From positions 6,982-70,981 of the forward strand of contig JAFQSX010000008.1 in the NCBI GenBank assembly GCA_017409345.1: DNA of 64,000 nucleotides, in the 5' to 3' direction. Within the stretch, counting starts at the first letter, position 1, and each line of letters starts with the position of its first letter. Below the pieces are notes generated by a model that ran no database searches, had not been told where the DNA came from, and worked only from the letters and a program-made list of their open reading frames with translations. Both the position numbers and the translations under genes were made by a program. Of this stretch, positions 57,556 to 64,000 are shown piece after piece. Source of the DNA: Muribaculaceae bacterium. Lineage in GTDB: Bacteria; Bacteroidota; Bacteroidia; Bacteroidales; Muribaculaceae.

Positions 57556-57747
57556 TTTTTCTACAATTCCACATTTAGAGTTGAAAAATTTGCGTAAATC
57601 AAGAAAAATTCGTTACTTTGCACTCTGTTTTGTGGCCCATCTTGAAAGCCGTTAAGAATGATGCACTTAACTGCGATATGAGACTTGATGTAAGTCACTC
57701 AACAAAAACGCGTTAATTAATAATAAACAAGATAAATAACAACAGCC

Positions 57748-58005
57748 ATGTCAAAGATTTGTCAAATTACAGGCAAGAAAGCGATGGTTGGTAACAACGT
57801 ATCGCACTCAAAGAGACGTACCAAACGTAAATTCAATGTGAACCTCTTCAACAAGAAGTTCTATTGGGTTGAACAAGAAACTTGGATCAGCCTTACTATT
57901 TCAGCTGCTGGTCTTCGCACTATCAACAAACTCGGTCTTAACCTTGCGATGAAGCAAGCTGCCGAAAAGGGTTATTTAACAGAAATCAAATATTTAGAAT
58001 TCTAA
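57748..58005 (+). CDS. rpmB: 50S ribosomal protein L28
   Basis: 85 aa beginning [29 protein letters not shown]. Confidence 0.95.
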   Translation: MSKICQITGKKAMVGNNVSHSKRRTKRKFNVNLFNKKFYWVEQETWISLTISAAGLRTINKLGLNLAMKQAAEKGYLTEIKYLEF

Positions 58006-58009
58006 TAAG

Positions 58010-58198
58010 ATGGCAAAGAAAGCTAAAGGTAATCGCGTGCAAGTTATCCTCGAATGCACTGAACATAAGGCAAGTGGTATGCCCGGTACTTCTCGTTACA
58101 TCACTACCAAAAACCGCAAAAATACTACTGAGCGTTTGGAGTTGAAAAAATACAACCCTATCCTCAAAAAAGTAACAGTTCACAAAGAAATTAAATAA
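58010..58198 (+). CDS. rpmG: 50S ribosomal protein L33
   Basis: 62 aa with the [21 protein letters not shown] signature. Confidence 0.95.
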   Translation: MAKKAKGNRVQVILECTEHKASGMPGTSRYITTKNRKNTTERLELKKYNPILKKVTVHKEIK

Positions 58199-58207
58199 TA
58201 ATTAGAT

Positions 58208-58357
58208 ATGGCAAAGAAAACCGTAGCATCACTCCAAAAAGGTGAAGGTCGTACATATAGCAAAGTCATCAAAATGGTAAAATCTCCAAAGACAGGTGCT
58301 TATATGTTTAAAGAAGAAATGGTGCCCAATGACGCCGTTAAAGACGCTTTGAAATAA
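58208..58357 (+). CDS. DUF4295 mini-protein
   Basis: 49 aa, below the track cutoff. My own translation: MAKKTVASLQKGEGRTYSKVIKMVKSPKTGAYMFKEEMVPNDAVKDALK. The position after rpmG is typical of Bacteroidota. Confidence 0.75.
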   Translation: MAKKTVASLQKGEGRTYSKVIKMVKSPKTGAYMFKEEMVPNDAVKDALK

Positions 58358-58380
58358 TATACTACACTATATCTCAATCG

Positions 58381-58417
58381 CAACTCCGTTGATTCTCTCA
58401 ACGGAGTTGTTTGTTTT
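58381..58417 (+). terminator. rho-independent terminator of the rpmB operon
   Basis: caactccgttga / tcaacggagttg form a 12-bp stem followed by tttgtttt. Confidence 0.8.
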
Positions 58418-58436
58418 ATGCCCTAATAACACACAA

Positions 58437-58466
58437 GAAGGGTTGCTTCGAGTGAAGCAACCCTTC
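58437..58466. terminator. second hairpin; probable terminator for the convergent acyl-CoA ligase gene
   Basis: gaagggttgcttc / gaagcaacccttc form a 13-bp stem. Confidence 0.5.
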
Positions 58467-58494
58467 TTTTCTTGTCGTTATAAATAATTTTTCA

Positions 58495-60159
58495 TTATCC
58501 GTTTTGGTAAAGATAACGTTTGATTGAACGCTTAGGAGTCTTTTCAAATTCTTCGTGATACACTTTCACTCTATTTATGCGTGAATAAGCCGGCAATTCA
58601 GGATTGAGTTGTTTCACATTTTCTTCCATCAATCGGTCAAGATCTTGAAGCGACATACCTTGTTTAGTACCATTCTCAATATCTGGATACACAAGTGCTA
58701 CCAATTGATTTTCCACATCAATTACAATTGATTCACACACATAAGGCATATTGTTGAGTTTTTGTTCAATTTCTTCGGGATAGATATTTTGTCCTGAAGG
58801 CCCGAGAATCATATTCTTATCGCGACCACGAATATACACATAGTTATCTTCATCAAGAGTACAGATATCACCGGTGTTCATCCAACCATCTTCATCAAAT
58901 ACCGATTCCGTTGCCTCCGGATTCTTGTAATAACCTTGCATCACATTATCTCCACGCACCCATAACACTCCGGGAATATTTTCCGGATCGGGAGAATCAA
59001 TACGTGCCTCCATGCGATCAACCACTCGACCACATGATGCTTCGCGTGATTCTTGCCATGGAGCATATGCAATCAACGGAGCACATTCGGTCATTCCATA
59101 ACCAACTGTATAAGGGAACTTAATGCGACGAAGGAAAGCCTCAACCTCCTTATTAAGTGCAGCACCTCCAATGATAAGTTCATGAAGATTTCCACCAAAT
59201 GTCTCAGTGATTTTAGCCTTTACTTTTGCCAATAATTGATCATCTACAAATGGCACATATAATAAAATCTTCATCAAAGGCTTTTCTAGCAATGGGAACA
59301 CTTTTGTCTTGATTATCTTTTCAATAATCAATGGCACTGTTACAATCAACTTTGGTTTTACTGTTGCAAACGCATCCATTATCACCTTGGGCGATGGCAC
59401 ACGAGTAAGGAAATAGACATGACAACCTTTTATCAACGGATGAATTAATTCCACTAGCATCCCATACATGTGCGCCAATGGCAACATACATACCAAAGGA
59501 TCACCCGGTTTTAAGAAATCAAGATTATCAATCGTAAATTGTGCATTTGACCACAAGTTTTTATACGAAAGCATCACACCCTTTGAAAATCCGGTTGAAC
59601 CTGATGTATAATTAATCAATGCCAACTCTTCGGGCTGATCTTCATAATAATGAATATCTTCGGGAAGGAAACGCTCAGGATAACGTGCACCGAACAATTC
59701 ATTCAATCGTTTGCGTACATCAGTAAGTTTTTCATTTCGCGACAACAATAATGAATAATCGCTAATCAAAATCACACCATCTAGATTAGCCATCAACGAA
59801 GGATCCAGATTTTCCCATATTGCAGCATCAACAAACAATAAGCGAGCCTCGCTATGATTTACCAAATGATGTATATTATCAGCCTTAAACTCATGCAAAA
59901 TTGGCACTGCAACCGCACCATAGGTTATTGCCGACAAAAACGCTATTGACCATTGTGCCGAGTTACGACCACATAGAGCAATTTTGTCTCCAGGTTTTAA
60001 CCCAATATGCTCATACATCAAATGTTGTTTTGCGATTTTTCGACCAAGGTCTCTGTATTGAAATGAAGAGCCATTAAAATCAGTCAATGCTAGATTTTCC
60101 CAATTTTTCTTTATTGACCGCTCTATGAGTATATTCAAACTTTTTGTATTTTCAGCCAT
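58495..60159 (-). CDS. AMP-binding long-chain-fatty-acid--CoA ligase
   Basis: 554 aa with the YTSGSTGFSKGVML AMP-binding motif, GYGMTE and TGD. Confidence 0.88.
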   Translation of the reverse strand: MAENTKSLNILIERSIKKNWENLALTDFNGSSFQYRDLGRKIAKQHLMYEHIGLKPGDKIALCGRNSAQWSIAFLSAITYGAVAVPILHEFKADNIHHLVNHSEARLLFVDAAIWENLDPSLMANLDGVILISDYSLLLSRNEKLTDVRKRLNELFGARYPERFLPEDIHYYEDQPEELALINYTSGSTGFSKGVMLSYKNLWSNAQFTIDNLDFLKPGDPLVCMLPLAHMYGMLVELIHPLIKGCHVYFLTRVPSPKVIMDAFATVKPKLIVTVPLIIEKIIKTKVFPLLEKPLMKILLYVPFVDDQLLAKVKAKITETFGGNLHELIIGGAALNKEVEAFLRRIKFPYTVGYGMTECAPLIAYAPWQESREASCGRVVDRMEARIDSPDPENIPGVLWVRGDNVMQGYYKNPEATESVFDEDGWMNTGDICTLDEDNYVYIRGRDKNMILGPSGQNIYPEEIEQKLNNMPYVCESIVIDVENQLVALVYPDIENGTKQGMSLQDLDRLMEENVKQLNPELPAYSRINRVKVYHEEFEKTPKRSIKRYLYQNG

Positions 60160-60260
60160 AATTGATATTAGGGTTTAAGTTAGTCGGTACAAATTTAACA
60201 AATTAATCTATTTAGAAAAAGTTTAACCCTATAAATTATCAAAATTGTGAAGATAATGTG

Positions 60261-60268
60261 TATTTTTG
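60261..60268 (+). promoter_or_regulatory. -7 promoter motif TATTTTTG
   Basis: It lies 27 nt upstream of the ATG at 60295 and inside the track's GTG-extended ORF. This supports the shorter start. Confidence 0.45.
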
Positions 60269-60294
60269 TAGCAGAAATAACTAATTATACAATT

Positions 60295-61314
60295 ATGAAA
60301 ACTAAAGCACTACTCCTCGCTACCTCAATCGTAGCATCATCAATGGCTATTTATGCCGGCAACTATAAAGTAACAGCTCAACTCACCGAAGACGAAGATG
60401 GACTAACTGCTTATATCGTAAACTACGACACAAAACAAAAAGTTGATAGCACTATAGTTGAGAATGGTAAAGCTATATTTAACGGAGCCATTGAAAATCC
60501 TTTTTTTGCTCAGCTAATTATTGATGGCGACCGTTATGGGTCATTCATTGTTGAAGATGGCTATATTCTCGTTAAAAATCGTCAAGGTCATGGTTCTATT
60601 CTCAATGAAAAATTAAATGCTTATTTCAACCAATTTGGCAAACTTCAAAATGAGTTTAAGACTACCACCGACAATGCAAAACAAAAAGAGATTTACGACA
60701 CCTACAATACACTCCAAGGTGTGATTCTCGACAAAAACGCTGACAATCCTATTGGTCTTTATATGTTCTTACAACAAATGTATGAAATGAACAAGGCACA
60801 AGTTGAGATCGCACTTGATAAATACCCTCAATTCAAGTCATCGACTCGTGTAAACAACTACATTGCTGCATTAGCACAAAAAGAACGCACTTCTCCCGGA
60901 CATAAATATCTTGATTTTGAAGTCACTTATGATGGCAAAACTTCAAAATTGAGCGATTATGTAAAACCCGGCAAATACACCATCGTTGACTTTTGGGCAA
61001 GTTGGTGTGGACCTTGCATGCGTCAAGCCGTAGTATTAAAAGAGATTTACGCCGAATATAAAGACAAAGGTCTTGAAATTGTTGGTGTAGCAGTGTGGGA
61101 CGAGCCACACAACACCCTTGAAGCAATCAAAACAAAAGAATTGCCTTGGCACAACATCCTCAATGCACAAACAATTCCAACCGACCTTTATGGTATTTCT
61201 GGAATTCCTTGCATCATCATCATTGGTCCTGATGGCACAATCCTTTCTCGTGACAAACAAGGTGATGAATTGAAAGAAGATGTGCGCAAAGCATTGGCTG
61301 GAGAATTAAAGTAA
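60295..61314 (+). CDS. TlpA-family thiol:disulfide oxidoreductase lipoprotein/periplasmic protein
   Basis: 339 aa from MKTKALLLATS. It has a signal peptide, an N-terminal DUF4369-like domain and a C-terminal thioredoxin fold (WASWCGPC). Confidence 0.85.
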   Translation: MKTKALLLATSIVASSMAIYAGNYKVTAQLTEDEDGLTAYIVNYDTKQKVDSTIVENGKAIFNGAIENPFFAQLIIDGDRYGSFIVEDGYILVKNRQGHGSILNEKLNAYFNQFGKLQNEFKTTTDNAKQKEIYDTYNTLQGVILDKNADNPIGLYMFLQQMYEMNKAQVEIALDKYPQFKSSTRVNNYIAALAQKERTSPGHKYLDFEVTYDGKTSKLSDYVKPGKYTIVDFWASWCGPCMRQAVVLKEIYAEYKDKGLEIVGVAVWDEPHNTLEAIKTKELPWHNILNAQTIPTDLYGISGIPCIIIIGPDGTILSRDKQGDELKEDVRKALAGELK

Positions 61315-61695
61315 ACGACGAAGCAATGGAGGGGTAATAAAAAACGCCAAAACACATCCCACGGCATTGGCAATACCATCCCACAAATCGCAACCGCGAT
61401 GAATTAGTTCGGTTCCTTGAGCCAACTCAATAAATGCTCCAAGCAAGATGGTCCCCACCATAATATAAAATCTCACTGAGAGTGACAACACCCGTTGTCG
61501 CTCTCGTCGTTTATAATCAAACATTATAACAGAACTCACACCCCACATCATAACCATATGCACCACTTTATCTGCATTGAGCATAGGAACATCAATCGGA
61601 GGCAGTGGTTGTGGCACTAATGTCAAATAAAACAATAACACTAATACGATTGCAGTGGGTAGATATGTAGGTATTTTATATAAGAAGTCACTCAT
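61306..61695 (-). CDS. VanZ-family membrane protein
   Basis: 129 aa with 4 TM segments. The DKVVHMVMM and ELAQG...RGCDLWDGIANAVG pattern is present. Confidence 0.7.
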   Translation of the reverse strand: MSDFLYKIPTYLPTAIVLVLLFYLTLVPQPLPPIDVPMLNADKVVHMVMMWGVSSVIMFDYKRRERQRVLSLSVRFYIMVGTILLGAFIELAQGTELIHRGCDLWDGIANAVGCVLAFFITPPLLRRLL

Positions 61696-61774
61696 TATTT
61701 AAATATTTTTGGTTATCGCCTTACAAAAATACAAAATAAACGCATATTTAGTTTATTATTGCAAGCATTTTACG

Positions 61775-61782
61775 TAATTTTG
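61775..61782 (+). promoter_or_regulatory. -7 promoter motif TAATTTTG
   Basis: TAnnTTTG about 50 nt upstream of the 61833 start. Confidence 0.45.
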
Positions 61783-61832
61783 CATTACAATCAGATTATA
61801 TTACATATATTACCCTATACACTATAACATCT

Positions 61833-63197
61833 ATGTCAAATAAGACTCAATTTGCAACAAAAATAGGTTTAATAGCAGCAACCGTTGGATCGGCCGTTGG
61901 TCTTGGCAATGTGTGGCGTTTTCCGGTATTGGCACAAAGCAATGGAGGTGCTGCGTTTCTTTTGATATATATTGCATGCGTATTTATTTTAGGCATACCT
62001 GTGATGATGGCCGAATTTTCACTCGGTCGCGGAGGTGGTTCCGATGCAGTGGGGTCATTCATGAATATCACTCCAGGCAAAAAATGGTGGATGGCCGGTG
62101 CCATTGCCATTATTGCCTCTTATCTCATTCTTTGCTATTATATGGTCGTGGCAGGATGGACAATGGAATACCTATGGCAATCTATTACCGGCAATTTGTA
62201 TGAAGGAATAAACGCATCAAACGCTCTTGACAGCTCGAATTTTACAACGAAAATGAAGGAGTATATCGTTGACGATTACAATCCTTTAATTTTTACCTAT
62301 ATAATGCTGGCAGCAAATTTTGCCGTACTACTTTTTGGAGTTAAAAAAGGGATTGAACGACTTTCCAACATTCTTATGCCTATGTTGTTTATCCTCTTAA
62401 TTGTCTTTGGTTTTGTTTCATTGTCACTACCTAAGGCCGATGAAGGATTGAAATTTTTCTTAAACCCCGATTTTAGCAAGATTGATGGCTCCGTCATCAT
62501 CAATGCGATGGGACAAGCATTTTTCTCTTTAAGCCTTGGCATGGGTATTCTAATTACATATGCCTCATACTACCCCAAAACGACAATACTATCTCGCACT
62601 GCGGTCACTGTATCATTACTTGACATGACTGTTGCTATAATGATGGGGATAATTATTTTCCCGGCAGTTACCTCTTTTGGGCTAACCGGCGAATCTCTTG
62701 AAGGTCCCTCATTAGTATTCTCCACATTGCCCGAAGTATTTGCTCAAATGCCATTAACACAACTTTGGTCTTCTTTATTTTTCTTTTTTTTAATGGTTGC
62801 AGCATTGACTTCAACAATTTCAATTGCAGAGGTTTCAATTGCATTTATGCAAGATCGTTTCAAAATGTCAAGATTAAAAGCATGCATTATAGTTATTGCA
62901 CCTCTATTCTTGTTTAGTTCTTTATGCTCTTTATCTCAAGGTAGCCTTGGGGAAATGAAAATTGCAGGGCTCACACTTTTTGATCTATTTGACACGATTG
63001 CGACTAACATATTATTACCGATCGCATCTATCCTACTATGTATTTATATGGGTTGGATTGCACCCAAATCCTTCTTTAAAAATCAACTATCAAATTACGG
63101 TACCGTAAAATCAAGAGTATTTCACATTGTATTATTTATTGTGAGATTCATTGCTCCAATATTAATTACAACAATTCTCATTGCACATTTTATTTAA
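61833..63197 (+). CDS. sodium-dependent transporter (SNF/NSS family)
   Basis: 454 aa with the hallmark N-terminus GSAVGLGNVWRFP. Confidence 0.9.
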   Translation: MSNKTQFATKIGLIAATVGSAVGLGNVWRFPVLAQSNGGAAFLLIYIACVFILGIPVMMAEFSLGRGGGSDAVGSFMNITPGKKWWMAGAIAIIASYLILCYYMVVAGWTMEYLWQSITGNLYEGINASNALDSSNFTTKMKEYIVDDYNPLIFTYIMLAANFAVLLFGVKKGIERLSNILMPMLFILLIVFGFVSLSLPKADEGLKFFLNPDFSKIDGSVIINAMGQAFFSLSLGMGILITYASYYPKTTILSRTAVTVSLLDMTVAIMMGIIIFPAVTSFGLTGESLEGPSLVFSTLPEVFAQMPLTQLWSSLFFFFLMVAALTSTISIAEVSIAFMQDRFKMSRLKACIIVIAPLFLFSSLCSLSQGSLGEMKIAGLTLFDLFDTIATNILLPIASILLCIYMGWIAPKSFFKNQLSNYGTVKSRVFHIVLFIVRFIAPILITTILIAHFI

Positions 63198-63289
63198 ATG
63201 AGAAAAACTACCTCATCTTATTTATCACTAGAATTGAATCCTATAATTTGAATAAGTTTAACAGTATAAAAAACAACTAAATAATTAAT

Positions 63290-63592
63290 ATGAAAAAATG
63301 GAATTTAAAATCTAAGCTATTTGCTATAATAGGAGCAATCTCTATTGCTCTTTCTGTATTTATTTTTGCCCAAACAGTTAACAAAAACCTTAGAACGAAT
63401 GACCTTTGGGGGCATGAATATGGAGGGGATGCATATACTGGCATTCAAAACGCCGCAGCAAGCACAGGCAGAAATGTTGCCTATCTTGCTGATTATATTT
63501 GTTATGGATTCTCTTCTGTACTATTAGTCGCTGGGTTAGTACTTTTCGTTGTTGCAATTCCTTCAAAAGAGGAAAACGCAGAAGAAGAATAA
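63290..63592 (+). CDS. hypothetical two-TM protein
   Basis: 100 aa with two hydrophobic segments and an acidic tail. No family recognised. Confidence 0.45.
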   Translation: MKKWNLKSKLFAIIGAISIALSVFIFAQTVNKNLRTNDLWGHEYGGDAYTGIQNAAASTGRNVAYLADYICYGFSSVLLVAGLVLFVVAIPSKEENAEEE

Positions 63593-63688
63593 TCGAAACT
63601 ATCAACACATAGTATCTAAAACAATCCATATACAATAGCATAGTATTTGCACAGACATTCTAAACGTGTTACTACTGTGCCTATTTTA

Positions 63689-63696
63689 TAAATTTG
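63689..63696 (+). promoter_or_regulatory. -7 promoter motif TAAATTTG
   Basis: TAnnTTTG 13 nt upstream of the ATG at 63709. Confidence 0.35.
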
Positions 63697-63708
63697 CACA
63701 TTCTTTAA

Positions 63709-64000
63709 ATGTCAAAACCTATCTTCAACACCGGAGAACGGCGTGGCATGCTTGTTATAATAGGCATTCTCGCTATTATTGTTGCCTTCACATATCTCAT
63801 GCGCAATAATACTTTCAACAACAACTTTCCCAAAGAAATCTCCGATAGCATTGTTAAAGAACTGCACACACAAGTAGATAAAGAGAATAAGACGTCATCA
63901 TCTACTGAAATAGTAAAACCAAACAAGAAGAAGAAAAAGAAACCAAAAAATAAAATAAACAAAAACAATCAAACCAAATATGAGGAACGCAACCCTCTTA
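63709..64000 (+). CDS. membrane-anchored protein, N-terminal part only; runs off the window (ComEA-like family suspected)
   Basis: Not in the ORF track because no stop is reached. My translation is MSKPIFNTGERRGMLVIIGILAIIVAF...KKKKKKPKNK... and is stop-free to nt 64000. The xERRGxLVxxxL start resembles Bacteroidota ComEA-type proteins. The antisense track ORF 63705..63968 is considered spurious. Confidence 0.45.
   Translation, partial: MSKPIFNTGERRGMLVIIGILAIIVAFTYLMRNNTFNNNFPKEISDSIVKELHTQVDKENKTSSSTEIVKPNKKKKKKPKNKINKNNQTKYEERNPL

Noticed and set aside
63705-63968. 87-aa minus-strand ORF (MFLFILFFGFFFFFLFG...).
   Set aside because: It is antisense to a better plus-strand frame that starts at 63709 with a TM anchor and a Lys-rich linker. 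The poly-Phe run is the complement of the AAG/AAA lysine run.

Overview
This 64-kb window looks like a low-GC Bacteroidota (Bacteroidales-like) chromosome. Evidence for that placement: TAnnTTTG -7 promoter motifs sit upstream of about 20 genes, rpmB-rpmG is followed by a DUF4295 mini-gene, there is an exbB-exbD-exbD-tonB cluster, and nqrABCDEF, meso-DAP dehydrogenase and TamB are present. All family assignments come from reading the translations by eye; no search was run.

Most of the window is housekeeping: ackA (5' partial), ddh, a Na/Pi cotransporter, two AGCS alanine/glycine symporters, lgt, plsC, glyA, pyrBI, dxs-trkA-trkH, nqrA-F, tamB, a tryptophanase-family lyase, nadE, tsaD, cinA, rpmB/rpmG, an acyl-CoA ligase, a TlpA-like thioredoxin and an SNF transporter. 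There is one tRNA (anticodon CAT).

Three stretches stand out:
1. 11.9-15.05 kb holds an AT-rich, decaying array of Rhs-tip toxin/immunity cassettes. No Rhs shell gene is in the window. The only intact toxin ORF fuses a signal-peptide-like N-terminus directly to the Rhs tip and carries a parvovirus-type PLA2-like motif set.
2. 44.7-47.05 kb is a 2.4-kb insertion between the lyase gene and a metallophosphoesterase gene. It encodes a RecA-fold (RepA/AAA_25-like) ATPase with a C-terminal HTH and a Toprim-like protein. Each gene is preceded by arrays of the same 9-bp G(G/A)TTTCC(A/G)T motif, and the first array is followed by AT-rich heptamer repeats. This looks like a plasmid or satellite origin, but no integrase or relaxase is visible.
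3. 48.4-52.3 kb holds an MBOAT acyltransferase followed by two tandem DHHW paralogues, one secreted and one membrane-anchored. This parallels AlgI/AlgJ/AlgX-type glycan O-acetylation.

No rRNA, CRISPR array, transposase or integrase was seen.
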